64,000 nucleotides of DNA from Klebsormidium nitens (lineage: Eukaryota; Plantae; Klebsormidiophyceae). The notes under the pieces were generated by a model. It was not told where the DNA came from. It saw only the letters and a program-made list of their open reading frames with translations, and searched no databases. The stretch lies in assembly GCA_000708835.1 (NCBI GenBank), contig DF237100.1, positions 108,628 to 172,627 of the forward strand, given 5' to 3'. Made by a program: the position numbers and the translations under genes. Within the stretch, counting starts at the first letter, position 1; the number at the start of each line of letters is the position of its first letter. This document shows, piece after piece, positions 35,618 to 54,594 of the stretch.

Positions 35618-38600
35618 ATGGCCAAAGCGCAGCGAGACGTGGTGGAGATGGACATCGAAGAAGTGATGGGCCTCATCGCACCTCAGAAGAAGCCAGCTGT
35701 ACCAAGTCAGGCTGCCGTTCCGGCAAGCTTGCATTCGCCGTCAGATTCTACCCGGAGAAATCAGCAGACTCCGACCGGTGGAGCTCCTCCATCTCATCGT
35801 GGCGAGGGTTCGGTACCCTTTGCAGGCCCAGGGGGGACAAGTACTCAGTCATATTCGGAAACAGGCACCAAAGAAATGCAGAGCAACGCAATGGAGGAGG
35901 ACGATCTGTACGATCCTTTGGCAGGGGATGAGTCGCCGTCTCCTTCAGTAAAGCAGGAACTATTTGAGCAGGCAAAGCAATTGGGGGCCGCAAGTGAGGG
36001 TCTATCGGTTTCAAAAGGAACGTCTGATGATGGTACTTTACAAAAGGTGGTGCCACTTCCAGGGGTCAAAGAATCTGCAGAACAAGCAAGCGAGGCGTCT
36101 CAATCAGGAAAAGACCATCTTGGTGCAATGCAGCGCGCTCGAAATCCTCCAAAAGCGGCGCCCTTAGCAGGTTTGTTGGAACAGTACGATGACGAAGAGA
36201 GCGAGGGGGAGGAAGAGGGTGGTGTAAGCATAGAGGAGGGGGGAAGGGGCCCTACGGTAGAGAGAGGAGATGCGAAACGAGGGACGAAGAGCATGGAGCT
36301 CAAAGAAGCATTGCAGTTTGTCTCAGAAGTGAGGGAGCCGCCTCTGGATGACATGCAGGAGGCGGGTGTGGAAAGCAGAGAAGGCGGAGAGGAGGCTGCA
36401 GAGGAGAGAATGGAGACGCAGGCAGACATGCGCGGTGGCAAAGAGAGGGCTGAGAGAGGTGGTTTAGAGAGGGACGAAAATTTGGATTCAGGGAGGCAGA
36501 GAGACGGCGGAGAGGCGAGCACTAGGCATTCTGAGCATGGCGAGAGATACGGTCCCAAGGATCGTGGGGGCGGCCAGGACCGACGGCGCGACAATTGGCG
36601 GGGCAGCGAGAGGTCGAGGCACCCGGATGACCCCAGGAGTGAGAGGGATCCCCCACGGGATGTTAGATTCAGTGAGCCAAGAGGTCACCGGCAGAGCAGG
36701 GGCCACTTTGAGAGAGCTGAAGACAACGCCCGTGGTGGAAGATTCGGCGGAGAACGGGACCGGGGTGATCGAAGAAGAGACGATGCTTCGTTCCGGGGGG
36801 GAAACAAAGATATGCGGGACCGGGGCAGAGAATCGGAGTTCAGAAATGGGCCGAGGACGGAGCGAAGAGGGGAGGGTCGGGACCGAGAGCCTCCGAGCAG
36901 GCACAGCGACTCTCGACACAGGATGCGTCCACGATCTCCGGCGATTGACGACCGCCGGGAAAAGCCTCCTGCGGGGCCTAGTCACAAGCCCCCCCGGAAA
37001 GCTGACTCTCGACCCGATTCCAAACCCGCTGCCAAAGCAGACCAAAAGCACGGTCCAGCCGCCAAGGAAGGCAGCACGGGCGCCGATGTGGATCTGAGTG
37101 CGGCAGTGGCAGCGGCTGCGGCGGCGGCGGCGAAAAGTGCGAAATTGGCGGCCAGCAGGGCGCCCCCCCCTCCGGCCGATCCTGCGGAGGCTGCCGCGAA
37201 AGCGGCAGAGATGGGTGAGCATTTCATAACTGGGCATGCTCAAAAGCACTGTCTCATCGTGCTTGCTTAGACTCATTTCCGATTTTGACCCTGTAAATGT
37301 TACCGATGCGCACGGCAGTTCGATTGTCCTCCACGGTAGTCCATGGGGAGACCTTTTCCAATGAAATTCGGGATTGTAGTGCCCATCGACACGACCACCC
37401 ACCTTTTGCGGCAACTCCATCATGGTTTGAGTTGACTGATATGTTCCCTTTCTGCCTACGATTGCTGTCACTCACAGTCTGGTTCTATATTGTGTCGCAC
37501 TCTCAACCCGCTGGCTTGTGTCAAGATTCGATGCTCATACAAAGCACTTTGCCGCCAGGAAAAAAGTGATAGTTGATTGCAGTCTGTGGATCGATTTCGT
37601 TTGTGACCAAGTTTTCTCCCTTGCATTCTCAAGCTCCATCCATCAGGATGACGCTGCACGCAGCTTCCAAAGTTGACCTCGATCGTTATACGATCGTTGT
37701 CCAATCGTGGTCCGAACAAGACGGATCTGGTCAGCGGAATGTAAAGGCGGGTTCCATGAACGCCTAGGTCCACAAGCATCGACTACTCAGAAAGTGCTTG
37801 ATGCACCTTCTGCTTTTTTCGTGCAGTGAACAAGACGCTGATGATCCAGAACGCAGTGCTACAGCAGAAACGGAAGATGCTCTGGGGCGATAAGGCAGCA
37901 ACAACCGAAGAGGTGCGGTTACAGGCTATCTTGTCATTTGTATTGCCCTCTCCATATTTGCCCCGCTGTAGATTTGCACGTTCACCAGAGAGGCTGGATT
38001 CGGTTGTGCAACTTGCTGACAACATGGTTGACATGCAAAGCTTTATGTCTGCTTGTCAATTCGGCGGTCTCAATGTACCATATCAGGACCCGTCTAAATC
38101 ATTTCAAGACTGCTGTCAGCAAGATGCTGAAGGCCTCTCTTGGTACGCTTTTCAATTGGTGTCTGTGGTAGGCCCAAGAGAGCAAGGATTGTGTTGGAAA
38201 CTCTGGTCGCTTGTTGAATAATTGTGTCTCGGAGGGCAGCCGGACCTGGTCTAGTGTGCAATACTGTTTCGCACTGCATGCTAATATAATGCTTGGAGAT
38301 TTGTTCGTACTTGAGACTTCAGGTTGGGGATATGGGCCCAAAACGCAGGGGTATTTTGTCATAAACCCAAAGCCGAAACCTTGACCGCAACTTCCACTAT
38401 GCAGGCGGCCACAGGAGGGACCAATCGGTGGGACGCTGTGGCAGTGGGCGACACCGAGCGTACGCACAAGTTCCAGAAGCTCATGGTAAGAGAAACGGCG
38501 CCGTTTTTTCGCTGTGAGTGTCTTTCTCAAAGCTTGCTTTTGAATAAATATCCAACATGGATAAGCTTCCGCACATTTGACTCTTAAATGCATTTCCCTG

Positions 38601-39311
38601 AGAGACGACTCGGCAAGAGCCGATGGGCGGTTATAAAAGCGAATGCGACGATTTCGCAAGCTTCGCGCATGAAGTAGTCCTCCAAGTCGTTTGCATCGAG
38701 GATCTTCAATCTGGCGTGTGTCGTTCACCTTACGACGCCAACATTTGTCTTTAGAAAGGAGGACATCTGCGCTGGTCGAGCTCCAAAGCCGCCTGGCTGA
38801 TTATAACAGTTGGGAAGTGTAGTTGGGTCTGGCCGGACACTTGGCAATCATCTAGATCGATTCCGTTTTAGGAGTCATCCGTTTTATCTAGTAAGCGTTT
38901 GTCTGTCCGGTGCTTGGTTATGAAGCACCTCGTTCAAACCTCTTCCCATTCTGCTCGCTGCCTGTACTTGCAGCCGACGTTTCTCATGGCATTGCTCACC
39001 GTGATCCTGTTTGATATCCGCCCAATAATGAGGCACCAACGTCTAACCCTTGCGTCTGCGTCCTTCCGTTACTCCTCCGTTGCTCCCACGACTGACACCC
39101 TCTCAGTTTCTGAGTGTCCTCCCGCTGGCGACGCATACAGGGCCTCAAGGGCGCAGCTCCGCTATCCCCGCCGAAAACGGGGGAGGTGCCAGCTGTCGTG
39201 CCAGCTGTCATGACCGCGGAGAAGCAGCAGCAAGTGCAAGCGGAGCTAGAGCGACAGTACGCAGCGGGGCTGAGGCGAAGGGACGGGCGCACCGTTGGGC
39301 TCGGCTTGTAG
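35618..39311 (+). CDS. RSRC2-like Arg/Asp-rich protein with C-terminal SMAP domain, 4 exons
   Basis: Exons 35618-37214, 37827-37912, 38405-38485 and 39141-39311 are in frame. There is an R/D/E-rich region, then QQKRKMLWG, NRWD......ERTHKFQKLMG and a terminal LERQYAAGLRRRDGRTVGLGL, as in plant RSRC2-like proteins. Confidence 0.85.
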
Positions 39312-40448
39312 AAGCCTGGTGATAAACTGCGGGAGCTTGATGCGGTTAGTTGTGACGGAAAGTGGAAGAGAGGCGGTGTGTGGATAAGATCATGCATGTC
39401 CAGTCAAGCCATACTTGTTAGTCAAAGCAGCTTGCGGTATACATGTAGAATCGAACGAGATGGACCAAGGGCCCGTGATAGCAAGAGCTTCCATTCAGTT
39501 GAAGAGAAAGAGGAGGATCTCTTTCAAGTCAGATAAGGTCGATCAGCTAAAACAAAGCATCTGGGATCTGTATCGTGGTCAAGCACCAAGTACTGCTGCG
39601 GTAATTGTACCTTCATTGCATGTTACACGCGAGAAAATATCTTTCAATTTCTGTGCTACACACTATGCGAGCGCGGGCCGGGGCATTATTATGCGCGGGC
39701 TATAGATGCACGCTCTGTCACTCAGTGTCACGTTGCATGTATATGCGGGCTGGATATTTCGGGTCTAAGCTCGGCGTGAACGGTGATATGCTTGCAAGCG
39801 ATTATACCTGACTGACTAGACATTATGACTATAGCAATGGTCATGATCTGTGACAGTTCGCTTGTCCAGGCTGCTAGCTTGACTGCATGGCCCAGCATGC
39901 CGCGCCGGAATTTGCTTGCTTCAGAGACTAAGATCACTCATGCATGCGGGCTACACAATTCACGTGCGTGTATCGATTGCCACGTTCTGGTGCAGTGAGT
40001 GCTTCATCCCGAGCTTCTATCTACGTTTACTAATATCAAGTTATGTACACGATTGCGGGGTCTGTACAGCTAGTCCTAAAATGAGGCTATCCCAGAGTCC
40101 AACGAGAATGAAGTGACCTTGCTTCTGCTGTCAAGCAGGCCATATCTGACTCTGATTGTGTAACGAGTTTTAAAACCCTTGTCTGGCTAAATCTGCATTA
40201 CAACACTATAAGGTCAGAGAGAGCATGCCTGGGCTGGTATCCAAATTCCACCCTCACATGCTTCGTTCGTCGTCGCACAGTGTGCGAGTAAGAGAGGCAG
40301 ACCCTCTGCATCGGCGGCCTATTATGCCCCCAAGGGCAGAACCCCGGAGAATAGCTCTTACCAACCATGACCAGCTGATCATACGAGAAGCTTCCGGTCC
40401 TTCTTCATACGTGACGTCGAACCAGTACGGCTCCTCCTCAACACGTCC

Positions 40449-46002
<5,554 letters not shown>

Positions 46003-46360
46003 CTTTGCTGCGGTTTGTCAATGCAGCGCCGCTCTGTTTTCTCAAGATGAAATTGAAACAGGCACCTCAGATACCCTCCCAGCACGCGGCCGTTACATGC
46101 ATCTAACACAAGACTCCGAAATGCTGAAACCTCGGCTTTAGACGCAGCAAACAGCCACCAAGGCTAAGCAGATCGCTCCTGCATCTACTAGCTCATCCTT
46201 GTACTAGCTAGTAGGTATGATTGACCTTGAGAACCTGGACTTTTCTTCCTTCTAAGTTCTAGGACTATGCAGCAGCTACAGAGGGCACCTGTGACCTAGC
46301 CTGGGTCACCTATGACTAGTATGAGTCAGATCACGCGAGACGATTCGACGAACGGGTGCC

Positions 46361-46375
46361 CACGTGTTCCACGTG
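46361..46375. promoter_or_regulatory. Tandem G-boxes upstream of AGT2
   Basis: CACGTG at 46361-46366 and 46370-46375, about 360 bp upstream of the AGT2 ATG. Motif match only. Confidence 0.35.
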
Positions 46376-47672
46376 ACCAAGACGAGTGCGCACACCGTAG
46401 AACAGTGAAACTGCATGATACCTAGTTCAGTAGCGCGCCTGCCGCGCACCAGCGTGATCACCCACGAGCGCGAGCGGCTGCTACTAAGTTCGAGCAGTAC
46501 AGAGCCCTGACTCCTGAGTGTGCAATCAGCATTGACAGCACGAGTCCGAGGGCCCGCATCCGAGCAGCAGAATATAGCTCGACTTTGACACCTTTTCAAC
46601 TTTATTGCTCTGATCTGACGCCAGCTCGGGTTCAACCGCATGCAACAACGAGGAAAAGAATTGAGCTGAGGCTGGAATACAACCACTCATGTTGCAAAAC
46701 ACGCGCAGGGATGGCTGTATATTGACTCTGAGAGATCTCGTGAAGGATGAAAAGCTCCCCCACGGATGCGAAGCCAGGCGTTCATGCAGTACTGTTATAA
46801 AGAATCTATGCCATTCATTCTCGGGCTCACTTCATCCATAATATCATTCGACTGAATTGAATGGCTAGCCTGATGCGTTCCGTCCATGCGACTGGGAGCT
46901 TTGGACTCGGACATGCGTATCCGCGAAGTGTGCACAAAGTGTGGCGTCGCAGCACCGGCATCAAGCTAGCCACGATGATGCACCGGCCTCCAATAAGTCG
47001 ATGTAACATGCTTATTGAGTGTCATGTAAACAGATCGACTTGCATGCCAATGCCTGTATAATATGCTCTATGCACGAGGTGACTCGATTCCAACATCCGA
47101 CGGTTCTCTCTCGAAGTTGCTCTTCGAAGGTATAAAAGGGAGTGACAGTATTCACTTCAAACGGAAAGTGCTTCAAATGAAGGAAGCCCGATACCAGACA
47201 CGTGAAGGATGCAGTAGCCAAAGACACAAAAACTTAGCTAAGAGGGCTTGCAATGCAGACGCTGAATGCATGTAGCATATCTCTATCACCTGCAATTACG
47301 AATTCGACACATCACACATCATGAGTTCCAGTGGGTGTCGTCACAGCTCAAGTTAGATACATGCTAGCAACGATATTTCAAATCTTGCAGGAACCAATAT
47401 TAAAATCGTAACTTAAGGGCAGAGAGTCCCCAAAACAACACAAGGACCTGCGGTTTCTCGAATGCAGCTGGCCGACGCACAAACCGGAACCGTATCTTGC
47501 ATCAATTTTGATTCTTCGTGCGAAGTCAGAGCTGGGATTGCTAGGTCCTTATGTAACTTGTAAGTCAAATAGTCTCGACGGCTTAAAGTTGTAGGGGACA
47601 CACTTACGCAGCTATATGCTGATGAAACCGACTATTCTTGAGAGGTCGAATAGCAGGGCAATCGAAACTTAC

Positions 47673-50600
47673 TCAATCCAAAGCATATGGGTCCAGATGA
47701 TCCTCGCCAAACAAGCCTTCACCGTTCGAGATGCCCGAGGGAGCCGGCTTCTGACGCTGCAATCACAGAGATAGTATGAACGTTCGACAATTTTGACGCT
47801 ATGGAAGATCGTGTACAGTAGTTTGCTCTTTCATTCGGACACGTCCAACGTTGCTTGGCCGCCAACAAGCTATGCCAAACATGAACTCACCGATGCTGCA
47901 CCATACTGGGTTCGCTTCCAGGAGCTAGACTGGATTCTGGTCTGAGTACCTCCGCTGAATGTTCCCTGCGGCAGGAAGCATGCGTTCAGGAAAACAAGCC
48001 GCTGCTCTCCGAAGAAGATTTCTAAAACACTCTGGTGCCGAAGCCACTCGAACTTCTATATTAGTGCCAAACCTGAAGGGCCAGGGTGCATGGGCATAGC
48101 TGACTTTACGGTGTGTGGACCGAGTCCTACCCCGAAGGTGACGCTTTTGGTCTTCTTGTGGTTAGTGACGGTCTGATTCTGTCTCGACGTCGCGACTTCA
48201 ACCTCGTGCCTCCGTATCTGTACAGAAGGAGCGGAGATCAGACCCCACAATTCGATCAATATCGAGTGGAACGTTGAGCAGCAAAGGCATCTGATCCTGA
48301 CCCCTCGGCACCGCATTATCGGCTAGCTTTCTTCCTGCTAATCGTGAGACCATGTTTTTGTTCACCTTCTGAACCGTTGTGGCGGCTGGATTGAAGATCT
48401 CCTCCTCGTCTTCGTCGCTTTCTGGCTGTGTGCGTGTTTGCCTTGGGCGCTTCTTCTGCCGGAAGACAACGACGTGAGGGAGTTGCATTCACCTTTTGAG
48501 CATCATATTCTCTAACAGTCTCCTTTTATCTGTGAATGCTACAAGATTTGAGCATGTCCTTAATCACACGATTCTGAAGCAATTTCATACAAATTGCTTG
48601 AATCTCGAGGCCAAGTAATCTGCTTGTTGCTCCAAAAAGGGTTCAAATACGTGAAATAGGGCTACGACAGAAGCTCGAACCTGCTTGACGTTCTTCTGGT
48701 CAATGATAACTGTGGGTTCTTCAGGCTCTCTCTCTGCTGTGCGCCTTGATAAGCCGCGATTCCTTGGCCCCGCGTGACGTTTGTTCGCCTGCGAAAAGAC
48801 CCGGACGCAGGTTGGCTTCCTGCTTCTCAGACATTCTAACGTCTTTGCATTCAAGGGCTTCACGTTTACAGCTCAATTAGATTCTTTGTTTCTATATGAG
48901 GACAAATTACCTTGTCTTCGCCAGCTTTACCTTGTCTTTGACCACGTTGGGTGCCGCCTCTTTTATCTCCTGATCCGTCGCGGTCAAATCCAGGAGCTTG
49001 ACCTCCTCGGCTGCAATTGCTTCGGCGCTCTGAAAGGAGGAGGGTCAAACTGTTAATACGATGGATCCAAGTTGCTGAGTCCAAGTGTAGAATCATAAGA
49101 GGGAATGGTCATAAATGTCAATCGCTTGTCGACCATCAGGATAATGCTTCAGGCCCCAAAACCACGACTCAGGCTTACTTGAGGGTCCTTCGTTTCTTCT
49201 CGATCAACTTTGCTTCGAGTCAGCGACTTCGCCTCCGCAACCTGCAAGCAAAGTTTTAATTTCAAAGTGAAGACATCCAAACAGCACTCACCATCGACAA
49301 GCAGTCGACAGTTTGTAGAACTGCCAAGTGAACGAAATAACGAGAGTATTAGCAAGGTCGTGTCTTCAAGGAGATTGAAGTAATGCGGAGCTGAGGGTGC
49401 ATGCGAACCTCTTTTGCCTGCAGGTCATTCTGCAGTTGCTTCACCTCCTTCTCATGATTGAGCTTGAGGTTTTCCAGGTCTTGATGAGCTCTTTCAACCT
49501 CGCCTTGGGCCTGCATGATGGTAGAAGACTGTAAGCATCGAGGGATTGGTCGACATATATAAGGAATTGCATCCGTTGTTGCATCCGCGTGAAGAAGCAA
49601 TTGCCTTGCGTCGTTGAACTCAATTACCTTGCGTAGCTGGGCTTTAATCTCCTGGGTAGCCATGCTGATTGCTTCCTCCTGTTGCCGTTGCACTCCCGTC
49701 TGGATCTTCTTTTCCGCCTTTGGTTTTTCCTGCAAAAAGTCATTTCAGGTAGCCGACAGAAGTCCTAAGCTGTTATAATATATATGCATGGAGGGAAGAA
49801 AAAGCAAGGAGTCGAAACAAGTCAAATAAAGATAATCAGGACGTCGAGACAGATGCCGAAAACGATCCCACCTTGCCCACAGCATCTTTCAGCTGAGCTT
49901 CACTGTTGAGGGCATCTTCAAGCTCTGCTTGCTTGACCTTCAACAAGCTCTGAAGAGTCTCGGTCAACTTGGCGTGGTCAGCGTCTTTGCCAGCTAGCTC
50001 TTCCAACATCTGGAGGTACAAAGATAAATAAAAAGAGGTCCCCTCAAGTAATAAAAGATACTGAATCAAAATGAAATTGAAGTACCAAGTTGACATAGTT
50101 TTCATCGATGGCCACAAATGAGGCGGTGAAACCATTCAATCATTCTCGAACACCAATACGTGGCCCATGTTCAGATTCTATCGCGCGGTCACGATGCAGT
50201 CGTGTACGATTGCAGAAGTCCTTGTCTGACCATAAGGTTTCTAGGTGCTTACCTTCCTCTGAAGCTCATCTTGCTGTGCTTTTATCAAATCTTGACATCT
50301 CGATCTTTCCTTACAGATCTGTACGTCGAACTCTTCCTTCGCATCTTGCATAAGTTTTTGCGCCTGTGACAAGTGTAATAGTTTGTCAATCAGAGTAAGG
50401 TTGAGCAGATTACTCTGCTCGGAACAAGATTGTCGTCAATTGGCAAGCCATTTGCCTCTCCAAATGAGACATTCGTACCTGATACCATGCACACACCTTT
50501 TCCTTCTCAGCTCTCATAGTCTTCGTCTCTTCCTCCAAGCCCTTGCGAATGTCCGCCATCTCCTGCAAAGATCATAGGACAGTGGTTGACTTCATAACAC

Positions 50601-53600
50601 AGATTCGTAGATTCTCAGAAATGTTCACGAGGGAATCACAGGCCTGCTCTCTTTCAACGGGCCGGTAAGAATAGCGCTTGGCCGATCCTTTTTTCAATCG
50701 ATCTTTCCTAACTTAGTAAATATGCAAGGGAGCAGACTTCTTACTTGATTGTTCCGATCAGAAATCTCTTTCAGATGTTGATTCAGCTCCGCCTGCTTCT
50801 TTTCCATCTTCGCTTCTGCTTCTTTTGCTGCAGCTTGCATGGTTTCATCGAGTGACTTGAGCTTCTCAAGGAGCTGCAAAGAAACCCCCAAAACAGCAGT
50901 AAATAGTCGACTTGGGGTCGAAGATCCGCTGTCAAAATACGACCCAGGATACAAGAAGAACCACGATGGCTCCAACGAACGGAAGATCAAGCAATATGGA
51001 TAATAGTACTTCCTATTTCGGTGAAGATTACCTGTGCATTGGTGGTTTCCTTGTTCTCAACGGCACCTTGCAAGCTCTCTTTCTCCTCGATTTCCCTCGC
51101 TAACTCCTTCTTCATTGCTTCTAATTGTACCAAGCAAGCCTCTTTTTTTGTTTCCTCCTCCGAAACAACTCTTCTGAGCCGGTCCACATCGGAGGCCTTC
51201 GATTGAAGCTCTTCATTGAACTTGAGCAGATTCTCTTCCATTTTAAATGTCAGCGTAATGGCGGCTTGCTCCAGATTCTCCTGCACAGAAAGTAAGGGCC
51301 ACTGATATAAGAATTCCAACCGCCTGATTGGGCAACCGCAGCTGAATTTGTCAAGCATAGGAGGAATTCGACTATCCGACAAAGTGAGTGATAAGCTAAA
51401 ATAGTTTTACCTTTTGTTTTTGGAGGTCCACCGTGGTCTCTTTCTGTCGAATAAGCTCCGTCTCCAGCACTTCTTTGTTGTTTTGCGTGGCTGAGACGAT
51501 TTCCGCCAACCTTTGGATCTCAGCTGACAGAGAAGCTGCTTGATTAGCGCCATGCCTAGTGGTCGATTCGTTGAGGGCTTGGAATTCTTGGAACTGGCGT
51601 GCAGCGTCTGGAAAAACAAATTGATATCGGATCAAGATACTGCTACGTTGAAATCTTTAACCCGGTTATGAATAGTCAGCCCGTGAAAAGCGTGTCAGCT
51701 GCTCAAAAATTGAGTCTTTTCAAAACATGGCCCCGAAATGCCGTTTGTATTGGGAAGGCCGGAAACGGTTCTCAACAGCTCACCTGTAAGGTTGGCCCTC
51801 AACTCTTGGACTTCGGCTTCTAGTATTCCGTTCTTCGTTTGCTCCTCTGAACTACGTTCATTGCTTGCTTTCAGCGCCTCGGAAAGATCTCCGACCTTCT
51901 GAAGGAAGATCTGCCCTTGTGCTTCCAGATGTTGAACGTTCTCTGAGGCCTCCGCCAGTTGATGGGTGACTTCAACCAGCTCTTGTTTGGCTTGCTTGAA
52001 TTGGTTATCCACTGCCTCTCGATGCTTCTCCGTCTCCTTCTGGGCTTTCAACTGCAGAGGCTTTTCCAGGGTTTGTTTTGCGACTTGGGTACCCCTCTTT
52101 CGGTGCGTTGATACGCATTCTTCTGAGTGTTCCAAAAAGTGCATTTAGCAGCTATCAGCATCTGAGCTACCAGCATCTGAACTAGTTCTTGGGTTTAGCA
52201 CTTACCGCCCTGCTTGAGCTACTAAAGTCAAACCAGCATGCGTAGCGGCTTACCGAGTTCTCAAGCTGGACGTTGAGCTGCTCGTACTCATCATTTCTCC
52301 TGCTGAGCTGTGACTTCAGCGTCTCCTCCCCGGCTCTGAGGTTTGCTATCGTCTCGGCGAGACTGTCGTTTCTCCCGCTGGCCTCTTTCAAAGCAGCTTC
52401 AAAATCATCTGTCGAGCGCAAGTTGTTCAGTTTTAATCATACTGTGACATCTTCACTCAAGGAAGGCTGAAACGCTAACCCGTCAGAGAAATCTTCGAAG
52501 GATTTCCTCGAAAAGAGTACAGATCTTTTGTATGTCTCCTGGACGCATCAAGTAGCAAAGATGGTCTCCAGGTTTTGAGAAGGCAATATACTTACCTAAT
52601 AAGAATCTGCAGATGGAGAAAGAGATGCACAACCTGCCTGACTTACCTTTCTCTGCACGCAATTTCAGGATCTCTTCTTCCTTCCTGTGAATCTCCTCCT
52701 GCAGCTCCGACAGAGTCTTCTGAATTTCCACGCTTTCTGTCAATCCTGGATAAAATGGACATACGTTACGATGCAGTCAATTGACATTATAGTAGCAGTC
52801 TGACGGAAGATTGACGAGAGATTGAATAGATTTCGATTTAAAGAGACAATCTTGGCAGTTTAGAAGAGTCTCATTCCGTGTGAATCTCCTCAGAAGAACG
52901 TTTCCCTTACACAAAGACTCACTCTTCGCTGCATTAGCTTCTGCCCGCTCGTTCTCCCTCCTGAGTGCTACAATCTTCGCCTGAGTATCTTCGTAATAGT
53001 TCGCCCTCTCGATAAGCTTCTGTTCAAGGTCAACGCGGATGCTTTCACCTGCGAATTACACCAGCAGTCACGATTCGGCATTTCCAATTAAACGTGCATC
53101 TCTTGACCTCCAACGGTATCAAACTTATCTGGAAAGATTTTGTCATTGCTGGATTTTTAATATTTGGAACATGAGGAGGGGACCCTGACCTTCTTCCACT
53201 TGTTGCTGGAGGCTTTGCAAAGTTTCCGTTAGAGACTGGCTAAATGCGTTTATAACCTGTAGGGACAACAAGAAGATCCAATCAAAGGCTTCATCAAAAC
53301 GTGTTCATGGCCTCCCCTACAATCAATCGAGCGGAGTACATAAACGACCGAAACAAAGTCCGGGGCCTAGCTTGGCATGCTGTGTCGAAGATACCGCAGC
53401 AGAATCACTATCACGTCTCACGTCTGCGCAGTTCCTGATCCCCAAGCTTGCGTACCTGCAATCTTGTTTCTAGACTCTGCCATTTCTTCTCGTCCTCTTC
53501 CAATTTGACCTGCACTTTTCAAAGACGCTTTATTTAAAGGCCCAGAGCAGTCTCCACTTGATACAACGGATGGTAAGGCAGGACAGCGACAAAATGATTG

Positions 53601-54162
53601 TCATTCAATCCTATGAACTCAGTTCGGCAGATGACTTAGCAGCTTTATGAACCTGCCCTGTGACTTCCAATGCAGATTTCGTACAATTGACCAGGAGAGT
53701 TGCTCCTTGAAGAAGCTTCGTGCTGATCAACCTGACCAACACTCTAGACATGTTCCCTCCTTGAGTTCACGCCTCATCTTACTAGTCTATACTGCAGATC
53801 AAACAAGCACTTACTCTGAGCATGTGATTTTCATTCTGCAACTCTTGCTTCTTCAGCTCCAAAGTCTTTTCAATCTTCTCAAATCTTTGAAGCTTTGTTT
53901 GGGTAATGCTCAGGTCAGTCTTCGTAGTAGCTTGATCGTGCATCATCCTTTCTGCTGTCAGTTTCAAGTGGGTGAAGCTTTCAGTAGGGGTGAATTCCGC
54001 TTTGGCCATGCTGCCCTTCGTTGCAGCTGCTTGGCGATTTGATTCCCCCGAGCTTCCATTGGTTAGAAGACTGCGTAATCCAGGTAGTCGAGAGGCAGAC
54101 TGCTCCACACTTCGCATGGCAGCCATGGGCGGACGACTCTTCTGCAATTGCATGGTCGCCAT
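47673..54162 (-). CDS. ZYP1: Synaptonemal-complex transverse filament protein ZYP1-like, ~22 exons, with a 1-nt frameshift in exon 2
   Basis: The N-terminal SFTHLKLTAERMMHDQA..KTDL, NEN..LRV...EDEK.W..LE and LTETLQ match plant ZYP1 (SFSNLKLTAEKLVKDQA, EDEKLW, LTETLQ). A long coiled coil follows, and the C-terminus GLFGEDHLDPYALD* resembles DDPYAFD*. All other exons are phase-compatible. Confidence 0.87.
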
Positions 54163-54594
54163 ACCTCTTCTGATTGTACCTGGCGCGAAAATGCTTTTGA
54201 TCTTCCCAACGGCCTGACAATCAAAGCGGAACTTCGCACAGGGGTTTCCACGAACTGACCCGTCTCAGAAGCTCCTCTATATCTGTTTTCTCTCACGACG
54301 CCCGCAGTTATAAGTTGAGGAAGCACGAGGCGCCAACATGAAGGCACAGCTTCATGACGCTTCAATCCATCTCTGCATTCGGAGATCCCAACAAAGAATG
54401 GTCTGTCTGCCTACCGCCGGCCGCCAGCTACCCTCCCCTCACCCCAACTACTGCAGCCATTGCGGAGCGTACGCAGCGTGCAAGCTGCCCTTTAGAAAGC
54501 TAGCCTACTCGTTGTTACTCGTGCGGACAAGGCGCCTGACATCATAAAGGGAAATTGTTCAAAGACAAGCTAACAGGCACTGTGACAACAATAC

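Noticed and set aside
39660-39960. Recurring ATGCG(C)GGGCT motif
   Set aside because: Three or four short, irregularly spaced copies; not an array or CRISPR.
46800-47300. Short ORFs between AGT2 and ZYP1
   Set aside because: No recognisable motif or splice structure.
52587-52597. ATACTTACCT, like the U1 snRNA 5' end
   Set aside because: It is the reverse complement of a donor-like AGGTAAGTAT in a ZYP1 intron; no U1 body follows.
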